A stretch of 64,000 nt of DNA from Escherichia coli (GCF_017348835.2 NZ_CP071375.1), one strand, 5' to 3'; shown: positions 45,939 through 57,304, numbered from the stretch's first letter. Notes: a model not told the origin generated them from the sequence alone. A program made the numbers and translations.

Positions 45939-46847
45939 ATGGCTTTTCAGGTAAAAATTCATCAAATTCGGGCTTTTGTTGAAGTGGCTCGTCAGGGCAG
46001 CATTCGCGGAGCGAGCCGAATGTTGAATATGTCGCAACCGGCACTGAGTAAATCTATTCAGGAGCTGGAAGAAGGGTTAGCGGCGCAACTCTTTTTTCGC
46101 CGTAGTAAAGGCGTGACGTTAACTGATGCCGGTGAAAGTTTTTATCAGCACGCCAGTCTTATTCTTGAAGAGCTGCGCGCAGCCCAAGAGGATATTCGCC
46201 AACGACAAGGGCAACTGGCAGGGCAGATTAATATCGGCATGGGGGCCAGTATTTCCCGCAGTCTGATGCCAGCTGTCATATCTCGTTTTCATCAGCAGCA
46301 TCCGCAGGTAAAAGTACGCATTATGGAAGGGCAACTGGTGTCGATGATTAATGAATTGCGTCAGGGAGAATTGGATTTCACCATCAATACCTATTATCAG
46401 GGACCGTACGACCACGAATTTACTTTTGAGAAATTACTGGAAAAGCAATTCGCGATCTTTTGCCGCCCGGGACACCCCGCCATTGGTGCCCGTTCGATCA
46501 AACAGTTACTGGATTACAGCTGGACAATGCCGACGCCACACGGCAGCTACTACAAACAGTTGAGTGAATTGCTTGACGATCAGGCGCAAACGCCACAGGT
46601 CGGTGTAGTCTGCGAGACGTTCTCAGCCTGTATCAGTCTGGTGGCAAAAAGCGATTTTCTCAGCATACTGCCTGAAGAAATGGGCTGCGATCCCTTGCAC
46701 GGACAGGGGCTGGTGATGTTGCCGGTTAGCGAAATTTTACCGAAAGCGGCCTATTATTTGATTCAGCGGCGTGATAGTCGCCAGACACCACTGACCGCGT
46801 CATTAATCACGCAATTCCGGCGAGAATGCGGCTATCTGCAAAGTTAA
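45939..46847 (+). CDS. abgR: LysR-family regulator of the abg operon
   Basis: 302 aa, divergent from abgA. Confidence 0.9.
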   Translation: MAFQVKIHQIRAFVEVARQGSIRGASRMLNMSQPALSKSIQELEEGLAAQLFFRRSKGVTLTDAGESFYQHASLILEELRAAQEDIRQRQGQLAGQINIGMGASISRSLMPAVISRFHQQHPQVKVRIMEGQLVSMINELRQGELDFTINTYYQGPYDHEFTFEKLLEKQFAIFCRPGHPAIGARSIKQLLDYSWTMPTPHGSYYKQLSELLDDQAQTPQVGVVCETFSACISLVAKSDFLSILPEEMGCDPLHGQGLVMLPVSEILPKAAYYLIQRRDSRQTPLTASLITQFRRECGYLQS

Positions 46848-46854
46848 AACTGCA

Positions 46855-46949
46855 TAAAAAAATAGAGTCTGTCGACATCCGCCAGACTCTACAGTACACA
46901 CAGCAGTGCATCCGCGTCTTAAATCCGGCATTGTCTCCTCTGCGCCGGT
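46855..46949 (-). ncRNA. mcaS: small regulatory RNA McaS (IsrA)
   Basis: Minus-strand sequence ACCGGCGCAGAGGAGACAATGCCGGATTTAAGACGCGGATGCACTGCTGTGTGTACTGTAGAGTCTGGCGGATGTCGACAGACTCTATTTTTTT recognised; ends in a terminator hairpin plus U-run. Confidence 0.85.
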
Positions 46950-47176
46950 GACTGTGTTATAACGGTTTTAACCTTTAGTTGCCAATTTTCTTCAGTGACA
47001 GATTTCACGAAAATATAAGTTACATTATTAATATCGTGAATGAATAATCATGCATAAGCATTTTGCTTAAAATATCGGCAATATTTGGAACTTATTACTG
47101 GAATTTTGGGTAATACGTTGTTGGACCGACCCGGTCTGGTTATCATATCGCGCTCTTAATTGCGGGAGGATGTAAC

Positions 47177-47740
47177 ATGAACCTTGACGACAAATCGCTG
47201 TTTCTTGACGCCATGGAAGATGTCCAGCCGCTGAAACGTGCTACCGATGTCCACTGGCATCCAACGCGTAACCAACGTGCGCCGCAGCGTATCGACACGC
47301 TGCAGCTTGATAATTTCCTCACCACCGGATTTCTCGACATCATCCCACTAAGTCAGCCGCTGGAGTTTCGGCGGGAAGGGTTGCAACATGGGGTGCTGGA
47401 TAAGCTGCGCAGTGGTAAATATCCGCAACAGGCGAGCCTGAATCTTTTGCGCCAGCCGGTGGAAGAGTGCCGCAAAATGGTGTTCAGTTTTATTCAACAA
47501 GCCCTGGCGGATGGTTTGCGTAACGTGCTGATTATTCATGGTAAAGGGCGGGATGATAAATCGCATGCCAATATTGTCCGCAGCTATGTGGCGCGCTGGC
47601 TGACCGAATTTGATGATGTTCAGGCATATTGCACCGCGCTACCGCATCATGGCGGCAGCGGGGCGTGTTACGTCGCACTACGTAAAACGGCGCAGGCGAA
47701 GCAAGAAAACTGGGAGCGCCACGCTAAGCGCAGTCGTTGA
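47177..47740 (+). CDS. smrA: Smr-domain DNA endonuclease
   Basis: 187 aa, sequence recognised. Confidence 0.9.
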   Translation: MNLDDKSLFLDAMEDVQPLKRATDVHWHPTRNQRAPQRIDTLQLDNFLTTGFLDIIPLSQPLEFRREGLQHGVLDKLRSGKYPQQASLNLLRQPVEECRKMVFSFIQQALADGLRNVLIIHGKGRDDKSHANIVRSYVARWLTEFDDVQAYCTALPHHGGSGACYVALRKTAQAKQENWERHAKRSR

Positions 47741-47760
47741 TCTCGAGACGCATCCGCGGC

Positions 47761-48993
47761 TTATGCCGCCAGCACGCGGTTGCGTCCATCATTTTTCGCC
47801 CGATACAAAGCATCATCAACGCGTTTAAACAGTTCATCGATGCTTTCATTTCCTTCGTGATGCGCCACACCAATGCTGACGGTAAAGCGTGGTAAGCCCG
47901 AAATACTCACTTTTGCCACGCTTACGCGGATAGTTTCAGCCAGCGAAAGCGCGGTATCCAGTGGGGTTCTTGGTAGCAATAAGACAAACTCTTCGCCTCC
48001 CCAACGAAACACCAAATCGCCTTTGCGAGCGCAACTTTCGAGGGTGCGGGCGAGGGCGCATAACACCTCATCACCTTTAGAATGCCCATAGAGATCGTTA
48101 ATGTGTTTAAAACGATCGGTGTCGATGAGCAACAAGCTGTAATCCTGAGCGATGGCGAGATGCTGCATTTGGCCTGGTTCCGTAATGTGATAAAACTGTC
48201 GCCGATTCAGTAATCCGGTCATCGCGTCATGGTGAGCAGCATGTTCCAGCTGCTCCTCCAGCCGTTTTTGCTCAGTAATATCATGCACAATACATAACAT
48301 GAGCTTGTCGCCATAAATTTCAATCGGTCCGGCATAGGTCTGCACATGACGAGTAGATCCATCCGCCAGTTTATGAATAAAATTCAAAGGTTTATGACCG
48401 CCGGGTAAATGCGAAATTTCATGCATGATAGGCATGACGCGACGCCCGAGCATATTTATTTCCCAGGTATGTTTCTGGCACATCGTTTCATGGTTATAAC
48501 CATAGAAATTGAGCGCGGCGAGGTTAGCATCGACGATTTGTCCATCTCGTGACGGGTCAATCAACAACATTGGTGCAGAGTTAGTCAGAAAAAAGCGCGC
48601 ATAAAAACCTTGTTTTTTGCGCTGATAATTTGCCGAGCGACTGGCTTTTAAACCCAGCGTTGCCGGCGCTTCGATACCTTCGAAAATAATCACCGGTTCT
48701 GTTTCTGTCAGCTCTCGCAAAACAAGCCGACAGCTTAATGCTGTTTCCTCTTCTTTACTTTGAACAGTGAGGATTTCGATAATATCGTGTTGGTTTTGCA
48801 GATCGGAGAGGTATTTCGGCAGTTCTTTTTGTGAGGAGACGGAATAGGGACCGGTTCGTAGCTGACTAAACGTGAGGTCTTGCATCAACAGTCGCGCCGC
48901 GCTATTGGCATAAATTAACTGTTCCTCAAAGGGCGAAACGATCCAGACAGGACTGGTGAGTAAGTCCAGGGTATTGAAGTTGTGCGTAATCAT
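47761..48993 (-). CDS. dgcM: diguanylate cyclase (PAS-PAS-GGDEF)
   Basis: 410 aa from MITHNFNTLDLL with GGEEF motif. Confidence 0.9.
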   Translation of the reverse strand: MITHNFNTLDLLTSPVWIVSPFEEQLIYANSAARLLMQDLTFSQLRTGPYSVSSQKELPKYLSDLQNQHDIIEILTVQSKEEETALSCRLVLRELTETEPVIIFEGIEAPATLGLKASRSANYQRKKQGFYARFFLTNSAPMLLIDPSRDGQIVDANLAALNFYGYNHETMCQKHTWEINMLGRRVMPIMHEISHLPGGHKPLNFIHKLADGSTRHVQTYAGPIEIYGDKLMLCIVHDITEQKRLEEQLEHAAHHDAMTGLLNRRQFYHITEPGQMQHLAIAQDYSLLLIDTDRFKHINDLYGHSKGDEVLCALARTLESCARKGDLVFRWGGEEFVLLLPRTPLDTALSLAETIRVSVAKVSISGLPRFTVSIGVAHHEGNESIDELFKRVDDALYRAKNDGRNRVLAA

Positions 48994-49226
48994 TGAGATC
49001 CCATTATTTTTATCAATTTTTGTTGCTATCCGATCGCAAAAAAGCCACGTCATATGATCAGATAATTCTGATAATGATAGACGCTATTTAACACTTCACA
49101 CGGTTTGTATACGGAAAAGCATTTTGCTTTTTGTATTCAATTTAGACAGAATTTTATTAATCATTTCAGGGTAATGGGGTGATGAGATGTTGCGTAACAG
49201 GGCCAGAAGGCTAGACTACAAAATAA

Positions 49227-50231
<1,005 letters not shown>

Positions 50232-50277
50232 CAAAAGCAATTTTTCCGGCTGTCTGTATACAAAAACGCCGCAAAGT

Positions 50278-50291
50278 TTGAGCGAAGTCAA
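50278..50291 (+). promoter_or_regulatory. FNR activator site for fnrS (class II position)
   Basis: TTGAG-CGAA-GTCAA centred about 42 bp upstream of the fnrS 5' end. Confidence 0.55.
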
Positions 50292-50326
50292 TAAACTCTC
50301 TACCCATTCAGGGCAATATCTCTCTT

Positions 50327-50448
50327 GCAGGTGAATGCAACGTCAAGCGATGGGCGTTGCGCTCCATATTGTCTTACTTCCTTTTTTGAATTACTGCATA
50401 GCACAATTGATTCGTACGACGCCGACTTTGATGAGTCGGCTTTTTTTT
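50327..50448 (+). ncRNA. fnrS: FNR-regulated small RNA FnrS
   Basis: Sequence GCAGGTGAATGCAACGTCAAGCGATGGGCGTTGCGCTCCATATTGTC...GACGCCGACTTTGATGAGTCGGCTTTTTTTT recognised, with intrinsic terminator. Confidence 0.85.
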
Positions 50449-50505
50449 GCCTGTTATTTATCAGCGTCTACCCTTTAAGAGTCCACCCAATGACCGGAGG
50501 GAAAT

Positions 50506-50679
50506 ATGACGACACTTATTTATTTGCAAATTCCTGTCCCTGAACCGATTCCTGGCGATCCTGTTCCAGTGCCCGATCCGATCCCTCGCCCGCAACCCAT
50601 GCCTGACCCACCACCCGATGAAGAACCGATTAAATTGTCGCATCGTGAGCGTAGATCTGCGAGGATACGCGCCTGCTAA
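50506..50679 (+). CDS. small proline-rich protein (57 aa), hypothetical
   Basis: ATG with GGAGG 5 nt upstream; MTTLIYLQIPVPEPIPGDPVPVPDPIPRPQPMPDPPPDEEPIKLSHRERRSARIRAC; below the ORF-track length cutoff. Confidence 0.4.
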   Translation: MTTLIYLQIPVPEPIPGDPVPVPDPIPRPQPMPDPPPDEEPIKLSHRERRSARIRAC

Positions 50680-50708
50680 CTTTGCGTCGATGACCACGAG
50701 AATAGATT

Positions 50709-52082
50709 GTGACCGCTTTTTCTACCCTGAATGTTTTGCCTCCCGCCCAACTCACGAACCTTAATGAGTTGGGTTATTTAACCATGACGCCGGTGCAGGC
50801 CGCCGCGCTTCCGGCGATCCTTGCCGGAAAAGATGTTCGCGTGCAGGCGAAAACCGGCAGCGGCAAAACGGCGGCTTTTGGCCTCGGCTTGTTACAGCAA
50901 ATTGATGCGTCGCTATTTCAAACCCAGGCTTTAGTGCTGTGTCCTACGCGTGAACTGGCGGATCAGGTGGCAGGTGAATTGCGTCGGCTGGCGCGTTTTC
51001 TGCCAAATACCAAAATTTTGACGTTGTGCGGTGGTCAACCGTTCGGTATGCAGCGTGATTCGTTGCAACATGCGCCGCATATTATCGTGGCAACGCCGGG
51101 GCGTTTGCTGGATCACCTGCAAAAAGGCACGGTATCACTGGATGCGTTGAATACGCTGGTGATGGATGAGGCCGACCGCATGCTGGATATGGGATTTAGC
51201 GATGCCATTGATGATGTCATCCGTTTTGCGCCAGCATCTCGACAGACGCTTCTGTTTTCGGCAACCTGGCCGGAAGCCATCGCCGCAATCAGCGGACGAG
51301 TGCAACGCGATCCTTTGGCGATTGAAATTGACTCAACAGATGCTTTGCCACCCATTGAACAACAATTTTATGAGACATCCAGTAAAGGCAAAATTCCTCT
51401 GTTGCAACGGTTATTAAGCTTGCATCAGCCATCCTCTTGTGTGGTGTTTTGCAATACCAAAAAAGATTGCCAGGCTGTCTGCGACGCGCTGAATGAAGTA
51501 GGGCAAAGTGCATTGTCGTTACACGGCGATCTGGAGCAACGCGATCGCGATCAGACCCTGGTACGTTTTGCTAACGGTAGCGCCCGTGTACTGGTTGCGA
51601 CTGATGTTGCTGCGCGTGGTATGGATATTAAATCGCTTGAGCTGGTGGTGAACTTTGAGCTGGCGTGGGACCCTGAAGTTCATGTACATCGCATCGGTCG
51701 TACAGCTCGTGCAGGAAATAGCGGTCTGGCGATCAGTTTCTGTGCTCCGGAAGAAGCACAGCGGGCCAATATCATTTCTGACATGTTGCAGATAAAACTT
51801 AACTGGCAAACGCCGCCAGCTAATAGTTCCATTGTGACGCTGGAAGCAGAAATGGCAACGTTGTGTATCGATGGCGGAAAAAAAGCCAAAATGCGCCCGG
51901 GTGATGTATTAGGTGCACTGACAGGAGATATCGGGCTTGATGGCGCAGATATTGGCAAAATCGCCGTGCATCCGGCGCATGTCTATGTCGCGGTCCGTCA
52001 GGCTGTTGCTCATAAAGCATGGAAACAGTTACAGGGCGGGAAGATTAAAGGAAAAACGTGCCGGGTGCGGTTATTAAAATAA
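50709..52082 (+). CDS. dbpA: ATP-dependent DEAD-box RNA helicase (23S rRNA-specific)
   Basis: 457 aa, GTG start, DEAD motif (MDEAD), sequence recognised. Confidence 0.95.
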   Translation: MTAFSTLNVLPPAQLTNLNELGYLTMTPVQAAALPAILAGKDVRVQAKTGSGKTAAFGLGLLQQIDASLFQTQALVLCPTRELADQVAGELRRLARFLPNTKILTLCGGQPFGMQRDSLQHAPHIIVATPGRLLDHLQKGTVSLDALNTLVMDEADRMLDMGFSDAIDDVIRFAPASRQTLLFSATWPEAIAAISGRVQRDPLAIEIDSTDALPPIEQQFYETSSKGKIPLLQRLLSLHQPSSCVVFCNTKKDCQAVCDALNEVGQSALSLHGDLEQRDRDQTLVRFANGSARVLVATDVAARGMDIKSLELVVNFELAWDPEVHVHRIGRTARAGNSGLAISFCAPEEAQRANIISDMLQIKLNWQTPPANSSIVTLEAEMATLCIDGGKKAKMRPGDVLGALTGDIGLDGADIGKIAVHPAHVYVAVRQAVAHKAWKQLQGGKIKGKTCRVRLLK

Positions 52083-52095
52083 TGAAATGTTGAAT

Positions 52096-52170
52096 TGCCG
52101 GGTGCAAGAGTAAACATCTGATTCGGGATTGCCGGATGCGACGCTGGCCGCGTCTTATCCGGCCTCCATA
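52096..52170. repeat. REP elements
   Basis: GCCGGATGCGACGCTGGCCGCGTCTTATCCGGCC-type palindromic units between dbpA and ttcA. Confidence 0.6.
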
Positions 52171-52210
52171 AGAGTAGCCCGATACGCTTGCGCATCGGGC
52201 GCCATCCTGG

Positions 52211-53146
52211 TTATTTCACTTCAACCACATTCAGCCGTAACTCATCCAACTGATTTTCATCTTCTTCTGGCTGCCAGCCCGCCGGTTGTAGTGGGATCTC
52301 TTCGCGATCAAACGCCAGATCACCCCCGTTAACCACTTCAGAACCGTGGGTGATGCCTTTGAAATCGAACAGGTTGGTATCGCACAGATGCGACGGCACC
52401 ACATTCTGCATCGCGCTGAACATCGTCTCGATACGCCCCGGATAACGTTTATCCCAGTCACGCAACATGTCAGCAATCACCTGACGTTGCAGGTTAGGCT
52501 GTGAACCGCACAGGTTGCACGGAATAATCGGGAACGCTTTTGCATCGGCAAATCGCTGAATATCTTTCTCGCGGCAGTAGGCCAGCGGACGAATAACGAT
52601 ATGTTTGCCATCATCGCTCATCAGTTTCGGAGGCATACCTTTCATCTTGCCGCCGTAGAACATATTTAAGAACAACGTTTGCAGGATATCGTCACGATGG
52701 TGGCCCAACGCGATCTTCGTCGCCCCCAGTTCCGTTGCGGTACGATAAAGAATACCGCGACGTAGCCGAGAACACAGTGAGCAAGTGGTTTTGCCCTCTG
52801 GAATCTTCTCTTTCACGATACCGTAAGTGTTCTCTTCAACAATCTTGTACTCAACGCCCAGCTTTTCAAGATACTCGGGCAGAACGTGTTCCGGGAAGCC
52901 CGGTTGCTTTTGATCGAGGTTAACAGCCACCAGCGAAAAATTGATTGGCGCGCTTTGCTGCAAATTGCGCAGAATCTCCAGCATGGTATAGCTGTCTTTA
53001 CCCCCGGAGAGGCAAACCATGATGCGATCGCCTTCTTCAATCATATTGAAGTCAGCAATGGCTTCGCCCACGTTACGACGCAGACGTTTTTGTAATTTGT
53101 TCAGGTTGTATTGTTCTTTCTTTGTAATTTGTTGATTTTCTTGCAT
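52211..53146 (-). CDS. ttcA: tRNA-cytidine(32) 2-sulfurtransferase
   Basis: 311 aa with PP-loop SGGKDS and CxxC motifs; 5' end abuts the prophage integrase. Confidence 0.95.
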   Translation of the reverse strand: MQENQQITKKEQYNLNKLQKRLRRNVGEAIADFNMIEEGDRIMVCLSGGKDSYTMLEILRNLQQSAPINFSLVAVNLDQKQPGFPEHVLPEYLEKLGVEYKIVEENTYGIVKEKIPEGKTTCSLCSRLRRGILYRTATELGATKIALGHHRDDILQTLFLNMFYGGKMKGMPPKLMSDDGKHIVIRPLAYCREKDIQRFADAKAFPIIPCNLCGSQPNLQRQVIADMLRDWDKRYPGRIETMFSAMQNVVPSHLCDTNLFDFKGITHGSEVVNGGDLAFDREEIPLQPAGWQPEEDENQLDELRLNVVEVK

Positions 53147-53197
53147 TATTTCAGTTCTCTGGTACTAAATGGGGCAAATTGGGGGCAAACTTTGCAA

Positions 53198-54433
53198 CTA
53201 CGATAACCGCGCATTCAACATGGCTATCTGTTCGTCGTTCATGTCATCAATCCACATACCGTAAATTTCATACACCATCTGCGCAGTTTCATGCCCCATT
53301 TGGCTGGCTATAAATGCCGGGTTCGCTCCTGCCGTCAACAGCCAGCAGGCAAAAGTATGTCGCGTATGGTACGGATTACGGCGGCGAATACCAGCACGTT
53401 TTACTGCTGCATTCCACCTTGCCCCCAAACTGCTTACCGAGTAATAAGGTTTTTGTTTTCCGTTACACACCCTGGGCATGAAAACAAAATGCAGTTTTTG
53501 CTTTTCGGTTCTGCCGTACTCCCGATGATAAAAGGTGATTTCGCTTTTGCGATGATGCCCGGTCAGTTTGTATTGCTCCTTCAGTGCTTCAAGAGCAGGC
53601 TGCAGTAGTGTTACTGTTCGGATCCCGGCATTTGTTTTTGGGGGACCGAACATATCAAGTATCGTCAGGTTTCTTCTGACATTCACTATTCCCTTTTCGA
53701 GATCCACATCCTCCCACGCCAGAGCTGCCAGTTCCCCGTGACGAAGTCCTGAGTAAACGGCAAATTTCCACAAGTTCTGGCTCTGTCCTTTTTCACTTTC
53801 CATTAATGCATTGAATTCTGTTTTAGATAACGGATCAGGCTTTATTCTGTTTCGCTGTAATTTTTTTACTCCTTCAAATGGTTTGGTTGATATAAATCCC
53901 GACTGATACGCAAAACGCAACAGCGAACAGAGCAGGGCGATATAGTTATCAACTGTGCGCACGGTTCTTCCTTTTTTGTTGGATCTTGGATTATCCAGGT
54001 AAAGCGTTTCTCCATGCAGCAGTTCATTCCGGTAGTTTAAGATATCGCTATAACGAATATGTGATATCGGGGTACTTTCACAAATTATTATTCTGAGTGT
54101 TTTTAATTGTGATTTCGTTTTCTTCATTGTGTTTGTTGTTAACTCTGTCTCTTTAATTTTTGTCCAGATATCACAAAGCTCTCCGAACGTTTTTATGACT
54201 CTCGTTGTCACCATTTTTGCCCCAGTGCTGGACTGGGGAAAACGTCTTAAATACTCAAATTCACCGGAGTTTATTTCATGAACTATCAGCGCTCTTAAAT
54301 TTCCGGCCTTTTTAATATTACTGTTTGTAATCTCCCAGCCTTTTAATGTTTCCCGACATCGTTTTCCTCGAAACATGAACCAGATGCGAATGTATCTACC
54401 TCTAATCTCGACACCTGTTGGTAATTTAGACAT
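53198..54433 (-). CDS. intR: Rac-type prophage integrase (tyrosine recombinase)
   Basis: 411 aa, sequence recognised; ends 51 bp from the ttcA start. Confidence 0.9.
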   Translation of the reverse strand: MSKLPTGVEIRGRYIRIWFMFRGKRCRETLKGWEITNSNIKKAGNLRALIVHEINSGEFEYLRRFPQSSTGAKMVTTRVIKTFGELCDIWTKIKETELTTNTMKKTKSQLKTLRIIICESTPISHIRYSDILNYRNELLHGETLYLDNPRSNKKGRTVRTVDNYIALLCSLLRFAYQSGFISTKPFEGVKKLQRNRIKPDPLSKTEFNALMESEKGQSQNLWKFAVYSGLRHGELAALAWEDVDLEKGIVNVRRNLTILDMFGPPKTNAGIRTVTLLQPALEALKEQYKLTGHHRKSEITFYHREYGRTEKQKLHFVFMPRVCNGKQKPYYSVSSLGARWNAAVKRAGIRRRNPYHTRHTFACWLLTAGANPAFIASQMGHETAQMVYEIYGMWIDDMNDEQIAMLNARLS

Positions 54434-54434
54434 A

Positions 54435-54650
54435 TCATGAGTCTTTGATAAACTGATTTATCTTTGGATAGTTGTACCAGATAATCCCTCGTTTGCTGTC
54501 TGGCTTACCTAAAGGAGATACTCGTTTGAAGTGGAAGCCCTCCACCCAACAGTTCTGGCGGTATGCTTCAATTTGTCTGGCCCCCAGACCAGTGCGAAGC
54601 ATCAGGCCGTATTCAACCATCCACTCTTCATTAAAGATTACTTGTGCCAT
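54435..54650 (-). CDS. xisR: prophage excisionase-like protein
   Basis: 71 aa from [15 protein letters not shown], immediately upstream of intR. Confidence 0.75.
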   Translation of the reverse strand: MAQVIFNEEWMVEYGLMLRTGLGARQIEAYRQNCWVEGFHFKRVSPLGKPDSKRGIIWYNYPKINQFIKDS

Positions 54651-54728
54651 CGCATCACCTCTGGCCGGCGCCAATGTTAGACTGAAATTGACGCCCGATG
54701 TTGATTATTAATAATCAGCTATGAAGTT

Positions 54729-54938
54729 TTAATTTGAATACAATGCAATTCTCGAGGACTGAAGTTTCTCGCAATTAAAATTTATCAGTTTTACTTTCTG
54801 CTCTCTGGAAACGCCTGCTTCTTTTTTACCTGAGAGCATTTTTTCGCATTCTGATTTCGTTAGTTTAGATTTTGAATATCTTGTCCAGTTAGTAGGAGTG
54901 CCACCTTCCTTTTCAATAGTGGCGGTAATTTTATACAT
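54729..54938 (-). CDS. ydaC: Rac prophage small protein YdaC (DUF1187)
   Basis: 69 aa from MYKITATIEKEGG. Confidence 0.75.
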   Translation of the reverse strand: MYKITATIEKEGGTPTNWTRYSKSKLTKSECEKMLSGKKEAGVSREQKVKLINFNCEKLQSSRIALYSN

Positions 54939-55009
54939 GAACACCTCCATTATTATTTCCAGTGGTTTGAACCGCCCCGGGTTTCCTGGAGAGTGTTTTA
55001 TCTGTGAAC

Positions 55010-55897
55010 TCAGGCTGCCAGATCATTATTTCCGATGGAAGCATAATAAGCTTTTTCTGCTTCTGCCGGAGGAATATGGCCCAGCCTTTCCAGCAATCGT
55101 CGATTGTTATACCAGTCCACCCACGTGAGTGTGGCCAGTTCCACTTCTGTCCGGTTTTTCCAGCTCTTACGGTGTATTACCTCCGCTTTGTAAAGACCAT
55201 TGATGCTCTCAGCCATCGCGTTGTCATACGAGTCGCCAGTACTCCCTGTTGATGCCAGTAATCCGGCTTCCTTAAGCCGCTGCGTGTAGGCCAGCGATAC
55301 ATACTGAGAACCTTTATCACTGTGATGGATTGTGCCGGACGGCCGACGGGCCCACAACGCCTGCTCCAGTGCATCCAGCACGAATGTTGTTTCCATGGAT
55401 GATGAGACCTGCCATCCCACGATGTATCCGGCGAACACATCAATGATGAACGCCACATAAACGAAGCCCTGCCATGTGCTTACCCAGGTAAAATCAGCCA
55501 CCCACAACTGGTCTGGACGTTCTGCCACGAACTGACGGTTTACGCGGTCGCATGCGGCAACGGCTTTCCGGCTGACGGTAGTGCGGACCTTTTTACCCCG
55601 GAGAACACCGGCAAGTCCCATAACTGCCATGAGACGTGCCACAGTGCATCTGGCCACTCTGATACCTTCCCGTAACAACTGACGCCAGACTTTACGCACA
55701 CCGTATACCTGGTGATTTTCATCGTATACGCGCTGTATCTCTTTCTTCAGCCAGTCATCGTGCTGCGCACGGGCACTGCGTTTATCCGGATGATGTCGCT
55801 GTTGCTGACAATGGTAATACGTTGACGGGGCAATATGCAGTTCGCTGCATACCGGTCCGACCCCGTACTGCTCACGCAGCTTATCCAGCAGTGGCAT
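55010..55897 (-). CDS. IS3-family transposase OrfB (DDE integrase domain)
   Basis: 295-aa frame with rve-type catalytic region; start overlaps the orfA stop (TAATG) next to an A-rich slippery stretch. Confidence 0.9.
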   Translation of the reverse strand: MPLLDKLREQYGVGPVCSELHIAPSTYYHCQQQRHHPDKRSARAQHDDWLKKEIQRVYDENHQVYGVRKVWRQLLREGIRVARCTVARLMAVMGLAGVLRGKKVRTTVSRKAVAACDRVNRQFVAERPDQLWVADFTWVSTWQGFVYVAFIIDVFAGYIVGWQVSSSMETTFVLDALEQALWARRPSGTIHHSDKGSQYVSLAYTQRLKEAGLLASTGSTGDSYDNAMAESINGLYKAEVIHRKSWKNRTEVELATLTWVDWYNNRRLLERLGHIPPAEAEKAYYASIGNNDLAA

Positions 55898-56223
55898 TAT
55901 TTTTTCCAGAGGCGGTCGAACTCCGCCTTCGCAAAATAAGCGGAAGCCTGGCGAAGGATATCGTTACTGCGGCGCAGTTCACGATTTTCACGTTCCAGCT
56001 CTTTCAGACGCTGACGTTCAGCGGTGGTGAGTCCACCATCACCACTCCCGGTATCCCGCTCATGCTGGCGAACCCAGACACGCAGAGTCTCCGGCGTACA
56101 GCCAATCTTTGGGGCAATGGAACAAATTGCCGCCCACTGTGAGTCATATTCATCCTGACTTTCCAGAACCATACGAATCGCCCGCTGACGGACTTCGGGG
56201 GAAAAACGAGTATTTTTAGTCAT
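55897..56223 (-). CDS. IS3-family transposase OrfA (HTH)
   Basis: 108 aa [42 protein letters not shown]... recognised as IS629/IS1203-type OrfA. Confidence 0.9.
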   Translation of the reverse strand: MTKNTRFSPEVRQRAIRMVLESQDEYDSQWAAICSIAPKIGCTPETLRVWVRQHERDTGSGDGGLTTAERQRLKELERENRELRRSNDILRQASAYFAKAEFDRLWKK

Positions 56224-56277
56224 CCTGTTTACCTCTTTCTCAGGGAGTTTAGTCTCCAGGATTTCCGGGGCGGTTCA

Positions 56278-56438
56278 GTTCGTTTATTCCATCTTTCGAG
56301 TGCTTCTTTTTCACTTCCACCATAACCGGTTCGGGATTCGCATCCGTTACACTTCGCTCGGTAATATCCTGAAATGGCTTTCACCGTTACTGATGGACAA
56401 CCACAAAATGGACATGGTTTAACATTGTCATATCTCAT
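56278..56438 (-). pseudogene. ralR: restriction-alleviation protein RalR (Lar), 3' end interrupted by the IS element
   Basis: Frame MRYDNVKPCPFCGCPSVTVKAISGYYRAKCNGCESRTGYGGSEKEALERWNKR runs into the IS terminal repeat, after which 15 IS-encoded codons follow. Confidence 0.75.
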
Positions 56439-56494
56439 AATTTTTCTCATAAAAAATATTTCAAGTTGGCGGTGCATTACACCGCCAGGCTGAA

Positions 56495-57304
56495 TTATTC
56501 CTCTGAATTATCGATTACACTGTATTCCCCGGTTAATACAGAGGAATCTGCAGGATCGATTGTCAGTGGTTCCTTTTCATCCATTGATACTGCACGCTGG
56601 ATCTCAATTGATACGGGCAGATATTTGAACAGGCGACGAATAGCCGTTTTCTTTGCCATTTCTTCCCAGTGAGTTACCCACGGCCCGTTATTACCAGCTT
56701 TACTCAGGCTGCGCACCAGCTCAATCTGTTTGCGCGTCATAACTTCAAACTGAGTACCTCCGTCTTTCAGTCTTGCGACAGCATAGACGTGGGTAACCGG
56801 GGCATCTTCGTTTTCTCCCGGGCGGTGTATTAACTTTTCATCAAGGCCAAATTCGAAGCTAAACTCGTCACCTTCACGGACAACACGGGCTGACAGGCTG
56901 GCGATTTGACCAGAACGGCGAGCCAGATCAATCATGCCGCGATAGCCAATGATTAGCTGAACGTTCTTTTTACCGCTCTTTTCGTTTTTATTACCAAAAG
57001 GCAGTAAATATGCATGACCGAGGGCGCTACCTGGCTCAAGTCCGAGCTGTGAACACTGTACGATCGCACTGACAAAACTCATAGTGTCACAGTTTCCTAA
57101 CGCCGGAACTTTACGAATTTCTGTGGTGGCGATACGGATCATACGTTCAGCCGTCATATGGCGTGGAAGAGCTGCTGCCAGTTGCTCTTTCATTGATGGC
57201 TGGTTAATAAAACTAATCACGTCGCTATTTTTAACTGCTGCTGGTGCACGGTTTCCCTGAGTTTTTTGCAGATCGGCTTTTGCGATTGGTGGTTGCTTAG
57301 TCAT
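56495..57304 (-). CDS. recT: recombinase RecT (single-strand annealing protein)
   Basis: 269 aa from [18 protein letters not shown], sequence recognised. Confidence 0.95.

Larger units (their letters stand above)
54968..56277 (-). mobile_element. IS3-family insertion sequence (IS629-like), 1310 bp
   Basis: Terminal inverted repeats TGAACCGCCCCGG...TCCTGGAGA at both ends, flanked by 3-bp direct repeat GTT (54965-54967 and 56278-56280); carries orfA and orfB. Confidence 0.9.

Noticed and set aside
50461-50697. 78-aa minus-strand ORF antisense to the proline-rich small ORF
   Set aside because: No RBS, and its arginine-rich, low-complexity composition looks like the mirror image of the plus-strand proline codons.
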